Positions 12,801 through 26,988 of a stretch of 64,000 nucleotides of DNA are shown one piece after another (position 1 is the stretch's first letter; each line of letters begins with the position of its first letter). A program made the position numbers and the translations under genes. A model generated the notes under the pieces. That model had not been told where the DNA came from, ran no database searches, and saw only the letters and a program-made list of their open reading frames with translations. The DNA lies in NCBI GenBank assembly GCA_951406725.2, contig OX597833.1, positions 28,148,001 to 28,212,000 of the forward strand, given 5' to 3'. This DNA is from Octopus vulgaris (taxonomy: Eukaryota).

Positions 12801-15800
12801 TTGTCTGTCTTTACAATCTGAGTTCAAATACTGCTGAGGTCAACTTTGCCTTTCATCCTTTTGGGATTGATAAAATAAGTACCAGTTGAGTACTGGAGTT
12901 GATTACATCAACTTATTCCCACCCTGAGGTCGATAGCCTTGTTCCAAAATTTGAAACCAGTAATATACAGAGCTGGGAGTGAAGGAATTAAACTCAATCA
13001 AATATCTTCTGTCCCTTACAAATTTGTCAATGTGATAAATCAATACTTATTTTATAATTGGATTTTACTTTTTCAGAACATTGAATACGTTGAAGAACTG
13101 AATCTATCTGACAACCGACTCTCAGATGAAGGTGCCACTTTCATCTTCGAAATTTTGACATTTGGTAATCGTATCAAATCGTTAGTAAGTCCTTACAAAG
13201 AGTGTTCTTCATTCCAAAATGTTTATTACAAGAAATCTTACAAAACTACACCACCCCACTGCCAAACTACTATACATGACTCCATACTACACTATACTTC
13301 ACTTACTACACTGTCATACACAATACTACCCTATGTTATACCATGCTTCACTGTGATATACTATACTATGTTATGCCACACTACACTGTGATAAACCATG
13401 CTGCCCTATGTTATACACTGCACAATGATACACGATACTACTTTTGTTATACCAGACTGAATTACACTATGGAATACTATGTTATAACCACACTACATTA
13501 TGCAGCATCATAATAACCTCTACATGGCCATTTCATCTAATAGGAATATTAACCAAAACTCACTGTCTTAACTATTTAGCATTTAACCCTTTAGCGTTCA
13601 GATTATTCTATCATATGTAATGCTCATTTATTCACATTGTTTTGAATTAAGCATCCTTTATCTTGCAGCTTCAAGATTTCAATGTGATTATTTATTTTTA
13701 GAATAACATTTTAGGGGAGGTGTGAGAGTTTGGATCTGCTCAGTTTGAGCATGAAACAGATGGAATATATTTTGGTCAGAAATGGCCAGTTTAAATGCTA
13801 ATGGGTTAAACTGAACATATCCAGCCAAATTATTTTACCCATTTTATGTTCAAACTGACCATGTCCAGCTTCTCATACTTACCCTCCACTGTTATTTCAA
13901 AAAATAAACATCGAAATCTCAAACTTACAAGATAATGCATGATTAATTCAAAATAATGTGAATTAACAAGCATTACATTTGATAGTGTAATCTGAATGCT
14001 AAAGTGTTAAACAAGTAAAAACTCATTAGTCCTAGAATGTCTAAAAATACATATGGACAGAGCTGATATTATTTTCATCAATCACTATATGTATATGCGT
14101 GGGAGGTAATATTTACCCCCACTTAAATATGGATGTTCTGTTAGAACAAAATATACAGTGGTAGATACCATGAGAGAAGCTCCCACATTGGCTTTTGGTG
14201 CAAAATGCACTCTTGTTTATATTGCTGGTAGGGAGACAAACCCCTGCCATCTCTAGCACCAAGACTACCAGATCACATAATTTTGACCTTCCTTGGTCTT
14301 GTCAATAATGGATGCTTGACTGCTAGAAAGAGCAACAACTCACCTCCCCAGCACTGATATACAGAACAATAGGGCCAGAACAGGTGCTGGTGTGTGATTA
14401 GCCAATGACCTTGTTAAATGCCCACCTGTTTATGTGTGTGTGTGTATTTGCTGTTTTCCTCTTTTCAGAACCTGTCAAGCAATAATCTTGGATTTCAAGC
14501 AATGCAGAAAATGGCAGAGATGTTGGAAGAAAATGTCAATCTGAACACAATAAATCTTTCCAGTAGGTGGTGCCTTTTTTCTTGTTGTTATTGTCAGCCC
14601 AGGGCAGCTCTGAATGCTGTTTTTCTTGTTCTTGTGTAAGCTCAGATCAACTCTGAATGTTGTTGTTGTGTAATTGAGCTCCAGATCGGCTCTGCTTGTT
14701 GTTATTTTGTTGCCCCAGGTCAGATTTGATTGAACACACCTATGATCAAAGGCGTTCCAACCATGACCGTTCCATCTGTATAGAGTTCTATAGTGAAACT
14801 TTATATAAAAGGCACAGGTGTGGATGTGTGGTAGGGAGCTTGCTTATGAACCACATGGTTCCGGGTTCAGTCCCACTGGGTGGCACCTTGGGCAAGTGTC
14901 TTCTATTATAGCCTCGGGCTAACCAAAGCCTGGATTTGGTCAACGGAAACTGAGAGAAGCCCGTCATATGTGTGTGTGTGTGTGTGTGTGTGTATGTTTG
15001 TGTGTCTGTATTTGTCCCCCCCACCATCGCTTCACAACTGATGCCGGTCTGTTTACGTCCCCGTAACTTAGCGGTTCGGCAAAAGACACCGATAGAATAA
15101 GTAATAGGTTATTCTATTTGGTTGCTATTTCTTGCAGGGTGAGCAAACACTCTTGTTGTTATTGTTTTTGTCTCATCGTCATTGTTGTTGTTGTTGTTGA
15201 TGGTATTATCTGATAAGCATAGCCGTATTTCGTCTGCCATTACGTTCTGAGTTCAAATTCCGCCGAGGTCGACTTTGCCTTTCATCCTTTCGAGGTCGAT
15301 ATATTAAGTACCAGTTACGCACTGGGTTGATGTAATCGACTTAATCCGTTTGTCTGTCCTTGTTTGTCCCCTCTGTGTTTAGCCCCCTGTGGGTAGTAAA
15401 GAAATAGGTATAATCTGAACGGTCACTAGTCAGCTGTACATGGTCAAGTCTGTAGGGAAAATATAATTAATACTATGATCAACGGCAATCCAGAACAGTC
15501 ATCATGAAATTATAGTGTGTGTGTGCACATGCTGTAATTTATCCTATCAAGCTCATCCACAGGTCCAGACTATCAGAGAGATGGTAATCCAGAGATTACT
15601 CTTACTCTTTACTCTTTTACTCTTTTACTTATTTCAGTCATTTGACTGTGGCCATACTGGAGCACCACCTTTAATCGAGCAAATCGACCCCAGGACTTAT
15701 TCCTTGTAAGCCTAGTACTTATTCTATCAGTCGTTTTTGCTAAGTTATGGGGACGTAAACACACCAGCATCGGTTGTCAAACAATGTTGAGGGTGGACAA

Positions 15801-15811
15801 ACACAGACACA

Positions 15812-15903
<92 letters not shown>

Positions 15904-16504
15904 CATATATACGACGGGCTTATTTCAGTTTCCGTCTACCAAATCCACTCACAAGGCTTTGGTCGGCCCTAAGCTATAGTAGAAGACACTTGCCCAAGGT
16001 GCCATGCAGTGGGATCTTGGGCAAGATTGCCTATTATATGAAACACATACCTGGAAATCCACAAATATCCAGAGTTTCTACAAATATAACCAAAGAGAAT
16101 GGAGTGAGCAAGTCCTTTTATTACATTGATTTACAACTGTTTCATCAAAAATTGATCTCATGAGCATCACTATATTATTATGCAAAAATATATACAACAT
16201 TTGATGCACGAAGTGTCACAGACATCAATTCTTCAGAATCATGCATAAAGGTGCGTGTGTGTGTGTGTATACATGTGTTTGTGTTTGTCCTTCACCAGTG
16301 TTTGATAACTGGTGTTGGTTCACTTATGTCCCTGCATTAGTAAGTGGTTTCACAAAAGAGCAATAGGATAAGAAAAATAAGTTCTGGGATCCTTTTGTTT
16401 GATTAAACCCTGGAAGGCAGTGTCCTACAATGACCACTGCCCAATGACTGACACAAGTAAAAGAAGAACAAATATATAGAGACAGAGATAGATAGATAGA
16501 TTGA

Positions 16505-16539
<35 letters not shown>

Positions 16540-16673
16540 GTAGGTAGGTAGGTAGGTAGGTAAGTAGGTAGGTAGGTAGGTAGATAGATTGATAGATAGA
16601 TAGGCAGACAGACAGGTAGGTAGGTAGGTAGGTAGATAGATATATAGATAGATAGATAGATAGATAGATAGAC

Positions 16674-16720
<47 letters not shown>

Positions 16721-18030
16721 TAGATAGATAGATACTGGGTGCAGTGAATAAATTTTCATCTAATTTACTCAAAAATGAAAATAACACTGACATCTCATTT
16801 TAACAGATATATTTACCAAAATTACATAAAGTTATCTTGAAATACTAAAGAGTAAATTTATTCAATAAAATCGCTATTGGCTTCAAACCACAGCCTTCAA
16901 ACAACTTCAGAATCTCCTGCAACACTTCTGGACGATCTCCTTGTTTAAGTTGGTGAATGCCGCCATAATCGTTGCCTTCAGTTCATCTTTGGTGTTACAC
17001 GGAATTTTGTTGGTCTCTTGCTCAATTGCACCCCACACATAATAATCAAGGGGTTGTGGTCTGGGGAGTTAGGTGGCCAGCTGTTCGGGGTGATATGATT
17101 GCAGAAATTGTCTGACAGTCATGATTGGGTTCTCCTGCTTGTGTGGCATGGTGCAGAGTCCTATTGCCAGACATAATGTCTTCCAGCAGCCACTCTCATG
17201 ACCCAGGGCAGCACTACCTCCTCCAGGTACTTGATGTAGGCCTCTGTATTGAGTCTGAGGCTGTGTGGGAAGATGAATGGAGGCATAACGTCGCCGGGAT
17301 GCTTGACTTTTATTACTCTCAGTACATGTTTTGGGGACACAGCAAGCCAACGGTTGCTCTGTGTGTTCACCATCTGATTCTAGTAGAAATTATTCTCGTC
17401 TGAGAAAAACCAAAGCATGTTCAGTTGGAGTGGATGATTGAGTTTGTGCAAAAGCTTCATAGTGCAGTCTTTCCTCTTGTCCTTGTTGGCTTGGGATAAA
17501 AATTGGCCCATTCACATGCCTTTATAATCACCATTAGACTCATCCAGCTCTTTCCAAATCCTCTGCACTGTCCTCAAATACTCTGAAATGTTCATATTGG
17601 AGCTTCCAGTATGAATGCCAAGCAGTACAGCATCTTGTTTCCAAATTTCTGGCAGAGTGAATTGCCTCATGATGTTGTTTTTCTCACAGACAGGGCCCAA
17701 CTGACCCTACAATATTGTGTAGTCAACAAAATCAAAAACAAACAAAGCACATGCATGAAATTCAAAATACAAAATGGCAACAATTTACCCATCACACCAC
17801 ATATACATATTCACTCACACACATACACATAAGCACTAGTCCACTTTGTTACTGTATTCATTATCTTTGTTGAGTATTTTTGGATAACCATCATTACTCT
17901 ACAAGCTTTAACGATTATGTAATGAACACTTTTTATTGTTGTTCAGCCCCATGTCAACCCTGATTACACATTAAATAGTTGATGCTTTACATTAATAGCC
18001 AAGAGACCCAAATCCTGTAAATTAGCTTTT

Positions 18031-18082
<52 letters not shown>

Positions 18083-21000
18083 GGTGGTGGTGGCGCCAGT
18101 GATGGTGGTGATGGTGGTGGTGGTAGTAGTAGACCCAGTAGACCAAGTTCGTTTGGAACCTAATCCCTGTGATAAACAAGGATAGATGTATTAGATGTTT
18201 TGGGTCAACATCATCTGATACACTTATAGGTAGTTTATGTCAACCTGTTTTAAATTGATATCTGACTGTGAATGTCACTTTCTTTTACAGAATCCTCTTC
18301 TAATATATTACACAAGGAGGCAGGATTAAATATAAGAGCAGGAGGTTCCAACATTCATTGTACTTCTTGAAATTCAATGGCTTCCTTTAATTGATTTCAA
18401 TCAATATTAATCTTCAAAGGGAAATGTTTGTAACTTGGTAGGGATAGAATCTGGAAACTGATGATGATTTTCATCAGCAATTGATATAAGATGGGAGGGC
18501 AGCAACCAAAGGGGACATCAATTTATCAAGTGACTGGAAATGAGCCAAGTAAGACAAATGAAGACAATGGGGCAAACAGGATTGTTTGGCTCATGGATTC
18601 AGTGGAGGAAGAAGTAGATGGTAGATGGGAAAACTGTAGCCCATGGGATATTCTGAATGATACACATGACAAAAAATTACTTTGAATTTTGTTTAGTAGT
18701 GTGAACTGCCTGATGAAAAACTGTTTCATGCAGCCTGCTTCTTGTAAAAGGTTGCCCATACTGGTGGTAGACATTTATGAACTTTGAACAATGAGGTGAG
18801 TGTCTGTGACCTGAAGTAAGGAATTGGAAATGAGCTTAAGTACAATAGTGAAGACAAGATTCTGGTTGCAGTGGAAATTGTTATTGAATAATTTGTTATA
18901 GAGGAGATGATTAATCAGTTGAATTCTTCATCTATGTAGAGTTTCATTAGCTTCTTGCATCACTTAACAACTAACTTATCATTAAAACACCATACAAGGT
19001 AATGTTTTAGTGATAATAGTGGAGTTATTTAATGCAACATAAAATAGATGGCATTAGCAAGGGCACCCAGCCATAAAACCCATGCCAAAACAGACCTTCC
19101 CAGTGAAGGTGCTTTGAAAAAAGTACTGCTCAGTTCACTCTGTAAGATAGCTGATGTTAGAAAGGGCATCCAGCCATAAAACCCATGCCATAACAGACAG
19201 TGTATCCTGGTGCTGTCTAACCAGCTAACGCATGCCAGCAGGGAAAACGGACATTAAATGAAGATGATGATGATGATGATAACTTGCAGTTGACAGACAG
19301 CAGTGAAGACATAGCAATTAATGAATTAACCATGTAGTTCTGTTCACCTTTTTCAGATAATCTACTTGATGATAGATGTATGAAAATATTAGTAACTGCT
19401 CTACAGGTGAGTATTAACTATTGTACTATTGTAGAATATTCCTTTTGGTATTGTGGTCTTACAAAACTCTCTTACCACTGCCTGGCATCACTAATCATCT
19501 CTGTCACTTCTAACATACATTGTGCTATTGAAACTGTATGACAACAAACTAAAGAGGTTTTTATGTAATAAAAAAGACATTAAAATACTAACGGCAAATA
19601 ATTATATGACATGGAGAAAAACAATATTAGCCATCAATAAATATAATTTTAATTACAGTTGATAGGTTGGTAGAATCATTAGAACATCAGATAAAATATT
19701 TTGTGGCTTTAGTTTCTTCTTTTATAGACATTACTTGTGAAATAACAATTAATCCTTTGACCTGTGCACATGCTTAAGTAAGTGAGATTTAATACAGAAA
19801 GGATTATTAAACACTATTTTAAACAATTGTTAGTTCAGTCTAGTCAACTAGCAAAAATGAGAGCTAACACAGACAGAAGAAAGTCTTTGTTCAAAACATC
19901 CATATTCGTGTCTCCGTGCCATAAACTTATCTAAATTTTAAAAATTTACTAAATATTCTTTCTAGAATAACAAAATGGTTAAGACTGGAATACATTTGAT
20001 CCATAGTCTGCTCATTTAAACATTCTAGACTATATAGAATGCTCCATTCTACCAAAATCTATGGTCTACAGAAGCTATAAGTGCACAATGTGTGCTTCCA
20101 TAGATAGATGACCATATTGGCACATGTTTATTATCCTGGTATAGTTGAGGTTTCTCTGCCCTTTGACAGGTTTTATTTTTAGTTCCTGTTGTATGTTCAT
20201 GCATTCACCTCATCTACCATAGTAAACTTGGGTAACGGGAATATTTTGTTGTCAAACATGATTGTTGTTTAAGCCAGGTCAGCCTTGGTAAAGCAAACTA
20301 ATGTTTCTGTAGTGTACATATGAACACTGGTGCCCAACTGATATATCACGTCACAGCAGAATTTTGAGGTGTCTTCCATGTTTGTCTTTTGAGAATCTCA
20401 CCAATAACAAGTGGTCAATATAAGTAAAAGCAACATGGTAAGCTGGCAGAATCATTAGCACCCCAGGCAAGATGCTTTGCAGCATTTTGTCCATCTTTAC
20501 ATTCTGAATTCAAATTCCACTGATGCTGACTTTGCCTTTCATCCTTTTGGGGTCCATAAAATAAGTACCAGTTGAGCACTAGGGTCAATGTAATTGACTT
20601 ACCCCTCCCCCAAACTTGCTGGCCTTGTGTCAAAATGTGAAACCAATATAAGTAAGAACAAAGAGTAGACCCTATAGGATGATATTTATGAAAAGTTAGT
20701 ATGCCTGTGTAATGTTACAATGACTAAAAGACATACAAATAAATCTGTACAACTTAAAGAACATAACAACAGCTTTCTCGGGAATATTTTAGGGCTTGAT
20801 ACAAATTTGGCTGGGGGCTCTCTATCAATCTTCCAGAAAATCTGAGAATATTCCAGAGTAGAAGAAAATATATGGAAGTGTGGGATTGGGCATCTGTCAA
20901 TAACTGTTATAGAACAAAGGTAATCGTTTTTGGAGATCATATGAAGAGGAGACGAGCATGAAATCTGTGAGGTATAAATAATCTCCAACTCCAGCAGATA

Positions 21001-21928
21001 GAAATCTTCACAACTCTCTATCACAAGAGAACTGTTATATAACTACAGTTACAACACTCCATTATTTCTATACAATATGAGCCAACAAAAGTAACCCCTG
21101 TACTGTCACTCAACCTGCTAGAACACATTGGACAACAAAGTCCTCGAAAGGTAAAGCCAACCTCAGCAGAATTTGAACTCAGAAAGTAAAGATGGATGAA
21201 ATACCACTAAGCATTATGTCTGGCATGTTAACAGTTCTGCCAGCTTACCACTCAATACTTAGACATGTGTTGATCATAGATTTATTCAGTCAGGACTAAA
21301 CATTAACTTCTATAGAAAATTCACAAATCTCCATTGCCTCTGCGTTATATAGACTCATTTTTTTATGACATAAACTATATCACTGTTTTACCACTATACA
21401 ACAGGCATAATTTTCTATTAATAATATTAAAGTGAGAATTTTTCCCAATTACTCTTTTACAGGATAGCGGCTATATAATCATGATTAACCTCAGTCATAA
21501 CCATTTCACAGAAAACTGTGCAGAACTGGTGGGGACTTTGATAGGTAATGTGGTGTGTGTTTGTGACTGAGTACAGGTGTATGTGTGTGAGGCTGTGCAT
21601 GAGAGTATGAATATGACTTTCTAAGCACAGTGTGACAAAGATGTGTGAGTGTGTATATATAGATGTGTGTGTTTGTATAGATGTGAGTGAGTGTATATAC
21701 ATGTGAGTGTGAGTGTGAGTAAGTGTATATAGATGCTTTAATGTGTTGATATTTGTGACTTTCTATGTACAGTGACTTCCTTTGTAAGCATGTGAGTTTG
21801 GCTGTACATGAAGTGTGCGTCATAGATGAGTGTGTGTGTGAGTGTGCATGTGCATGCAAACATGTATGTGTATGAGTGAATGCGTGTGTGTGAGCAAGTG
21901 TAAACATGTGTGTGTATGCATGTAAACA

Positions 21929-21961
<33 letters not shown>

Positions 21962-24900
21962 TTGTGACTTTGCTTCTGGGCATGGATCTGAGTTACTTTC
22001 AATGTAGAGTGGGTTGTATGTATACAGCTACACTCGAGTAAGTTTCCATGTAGGGTGAGACATAAATACATGTGTGAGACTTTTATAAAAATAGTAACGT
22101 GATCCTATTCTTAATAATATATTGACAATAGAATACATGCAGCGGCAATACACATAAGTTTGGAATGACAACAAGATTTCTTTTTAAGATATATACATTA
22201 TTTATTTTACATATTTTACAATCATGTTTGATGTTGGAAGTTTGTAAGTGTTCGCATGTTTTTGTGTCTGTGTGTTCGTTAGGCGTAAAAAGGTACTGAC
22301 CAGTGAATTGACGATGGGATTTGATTCACAGTTAATGTTGTTGGTATCGGCTTGGCAACAGGTAATAACAGATGGCTTAAGGTAGTTCTTAGAAGAAACT
22401 AGAACCCAAGAACAGATAATTGATTTACCATTTATGAGGTACACTATAAGAGTCCCATATCAAGATATTGCATGTCGCAGTTGAGATTAATTGAATCACT
22501 CATTGTGTTTATCTTTCTCTTGATATGAATATACTTCCAGACATGTTACTGTAGCCGTTTTCTTCGTGGCGAGAATTTCACCTAACCGCTATAGTTGAAT
22601 CTGTAGTTGTCTCATGTACAATTTAATCTTCGATGTTTGTCGATTGGTTCTTGCTGCTTCTTCATTATATGTTCTGCTTGGTTATTTTTCTCTAGTTATA
22701 GATATCTTGTAACCGTTTTCTTCATGGTGATTTTTCACACTAACAGTATGAGGGGTATCTGTAACATCTTGTATTAATGGTGGTCGCCTGCCTCGAAACT
22801 GGAACTTGGTCGAGTATTCTGTGTGGTCAGAGACTTAGTTCTTAAAAGAACTAAAAACCTAAGACGAGCTGTGTGTGGTCAGAGGTTCGCCCTTAGAAGG
22901 ACTGGAAACCTAAGACGAATATTTTTCTGAGAAACCTTGTTTTATAAGCTTCACCCGGCTCCCAGTGAACTTCAGAAATGGAAAGCTGTGATTGGCTGCT
23001 TGGACTATGGCGCGAAAATAAGTCGAGACATTTTGCGCCAAGTTATAACCAGCGGTGCGAGCGTAGTAGAGACCAACGTGTCAGCCATTCGAATTAGTGT
23101 TTACATCAATGTTGAACTAGCCAAAGCTGTTTGTAATCTCGACCGAGGTCATTCTATATACTCTTCTCAAACAGTGAAGATAGCACTGAGAGACGATATT
23201 GCTACACTTTCAATGTAAAGGAGGATCATGTGTGGGCAGCAGAAGCCCATGCTTGAGTGTGTGAGTATAAGTGACTTTCAATGTAGAATGGATTATTGTT
23301 TTTGTGGTGTTATGGGTTGTGATGATCTATGTGGTGTTGGTGGAGAGGATTGCAGATGAGGTAAATGGAAGTGAAGACTGCAGGGCTGGCGGAAGAGCCA
23401 CATGCATAGGCAAAAGCATGATGAGAGTTGGATGAGAGACAGCAGCATGCAAGGACACGTTTTTTCTCGACAGTGATTGCTCATCCCGCCTAGGTCAACA
23501 GGTAAGGTCTCTGTATTTCTTTCTCCCTTTTGCTTCTTTTTCTGTTGTCTTTTTCTTTCATCACACTACAAGCTATTTCGGCCCATAAAAATAACAAGCA
23601 AACAAAAAAAAAAACAATGATGAGTGTAGTCTGTATTTCGAATTATATGGTCAAACTATTTTGCGGTGAAATGGATGTAGTCGCTTGGTTGAAGAAGTTG
23701 AAGCTGGTTGCAAAACTCCATAACTTAGCGAGTTTTATACCACTGTACCTAGATGGTTCGGCGTTGGCGCTATACCTAGAAAGGGATCAACTTAGCGTGG
23801 AAAAAATAGAAATCCGTTTGATGGAGGCCTTTGCAGAAGGAATGTTTGAAGCATATGCTCGCCTGGGAAAAGCAAAGTGGACCAGCGAACAGGCCAACAT
23901 ATTTGCAAACAAACTCAGAAGATTAGCTAAACTGGTGGGATTTGAGGCAGAATCACTGGACCGAATGGTTAGTTAGTGTTTGTGACTGGCTTTCCTGACC
24001 ACATGTTGGTTGAGTTGCAAAAACTGCCGAACATTAACTCTATGGTGATGACAGACATTATATCTTAGGCTTGCATGCTAGTTTCGTGTTGCAGGATGAC
24101 ACCGGTAGCAGCAACTGCAATAGCGAAAAGTGGCCAACCAAGGAGTAGCAGAGAGGGGTCAAACAAGGAACATGTGCGACCATTCAAAGGACAGTGTTTC
24201 CGGTGTCAGGGCACGCACATGGGGGTGGACAGAACATTGTTCTTAGCCAGGAAAGTCGACTCCAATGTAACAAGATGAAGCATGCAGAGAGTGGTCAGCA
24301 GCTGTGACTGGTGCCAGTCCATCGACCCTGCTCCGGACGTACATGAGGTAGGAAGTGTTCCAGTGGACCACAACTGGAAACGACTGGCAGGGGACATAAC
24401 ACACTACCGGCAGGGGACATACCTCTCAATGGTTGACTGTGGACCAGGACAGTTGGCCATATGGAGGGAGATGAAGACAGGGACTGCAGAGGAAATGAGA
24501 TATTTAGTTAAGTACTAAATGAGATATTCCTGGAACAAGGCCCCATGGATGAGCTGCTTCTGGATAATGGCACTGCATTTCATTCGGAGGTGCTGAAAGA
24601 AATATTTGATGGGTGGCAGGTCAACCGCTTCTTCAGGGCAGCATACCAGCCAAGTGGTAATGGGGTGGAGGAAAAGCATCATCGTATCATCAAGGCCATG
24701 GCAGAGAGGGGCCACATTTCACCAATCAAGGCCGTATTCTGGTACAATATGTCGCCCAGGTCGGGACAGGCTGAGAAGTCGGTACCACACAGGGCAATAT
24801 TCAGGTACGAGTGGAGGCATCCGTGTACTGCATCAATGCGACCCAGGGTAGAGGAAGAGCATGCTTTCGTGCAGATCAGGGAAGAAGTTTGGGTAAAACC

Positions 24901-26537
24901 CCCAAATGCACAGTGTACATCACAATGGGGAAAGGGAACAATAACATCCATCAATTCGAAGAACAACGTATCTGTCAATAGTATACCACACCATGTTTTG
25001 GATGTACGGAGGATTGTCAATGCCTCAGAGGATGGAACCAGCAGCAGTGGGGCAAGAAGATGAAGACAGCAACAGTAGGCAAGAAGATGAAGACAGCAGC
25101 AGTAAGCAAAATGATGAAGTCAGCAGCAGCATGCCAGGAACTCAGGCCAGACTTGGGGTTGCACAGTGACCACAGAGGGAGTGGCACCCTCTTCCCTGGT
25201 TGACTGATTATGAAACCAGTTAAGGTGTGAGTTCAGGAGCGAGGAGTAAGTGGGAAAGCTGGTTGAATGATCTGTAGATCAGTGGGGAACGTGTGATGTT
25301 TGTGGTGTTATGGGCTGTGATGAGCTATGTGGTGTTGGTGGAGAGGATTGCAGATGAGGTAAATGGAAGTGAAGACTGCAGGGATCAGTGGAAGAGCCAC
25401 GGGGGCATGCATGGGCAAAAAGCACATGCAGGCAGTTGGATAAGAAACGGCAGCATGCAAGGACGTGTTTTTTCTTGACAGTGATCGCTCATCCCGCCTA
25501 GGTCATCAGGTAAGGTCTCTGTATTTCTTTCTCCCTTTTGCTTCTTTTTCTGTTGTCTTATTCCTCCATCACACTACAGTTTTCATTGTGTTTCCCCATG
25601 TCAGCACTGGTCAGTAATCATAAAACATTTAGGCATTCAGTCATCACAACTCTCACACAGATTGCTTGAGATCTCTGAGCCTCTGCATAGTTGAAAATCT
25701 TAATGCACAATCCATCATACATTGGTTAATTGCATGAGGTGTAATGCTGCAGTTTGGGCATGTTACTCACTTGCTAATGTCCAGTCTATCATGTGTACAG
25801 AGTAGCTCAAAGAGTTGTACATATGTATGTATGTGTATGCATGTATGAATATGTATGTGTGTGAGCAAGTGACAGTATGCATTATACACAGCTTTATACT
25901 CATCGTTGTTTTAAAATTTGTTCTTTTCTTTCTTTATTTGTTTGCCTTTTCCATTTCTCACTGGCATGGATTGGACAGCTCTGTAATACCACTTATGTCT
26001 AAATTATAAGTTACCTTGACTGTGACACCCAGATCTGATTTCAACACTCCAGTCTAAATTTACCAATGACAGATGACACTTTTTCACCCTGCACTCTTTG
26101 TCCATTCACTAGCCATTTCTTATGCATACATCAGTTGACTTGTAGTCGAACTAGTAGTCTATCAGTAATAGTCTAACCATAGTTGTCTTACTAGTAGTCT
26201 CACATTACACATCCAACAAATGTATTATGTCTGCTTCCCTTCTTTCCAGCCTACACAAATTTCCCACTTTCAATGCCCATTTTTCACTACCATATACGAT
26301 CACACTTCTAACATTATATAGTCCACTCTTTCCTTGCTGATGCTTCATACATATATATCATCATCATCATCATTTAACATCTGTTTTCCATGCTGGGATG
26401 GATTGGATGGTTTAACTGAAGTTGGTATGGCCAGTGGCTGCACTACAATAACCCTATGCAGACCAAACCTTTGTGGATGGATTTGATAGGCAGAAACTGA
26501 AAGAAGCCTATTGCATAGTTATATGTTTGTGTGTATG

Positions 26538-26623
<86 letters not shown>

Positions 26624-26697
26624 CATATATATATATATATACATATATATACATATATATATACATAGATATATATATACATAGATATATAGATATA

Positions 26698-26752
<55 letters not shown>

Positions 26753-26956
26753 TTAGAGATAAAACCACTATTAGGCAAATCAAACAGTGAAAAACATAAG
26801 CCAATACATAAAATTAATTAAAAAATATAAAAGTTAAAAATTTAAAAATTATTTTAATAATTTAAACTTATAAATTTTAAATATATATATATATGTATGT
26901 ATATTTTTATATTTATATATTATTTTATTTATTAATTTATTTATTTTTATTTATTT

Positions 26957-26988
<32 letters not shown>

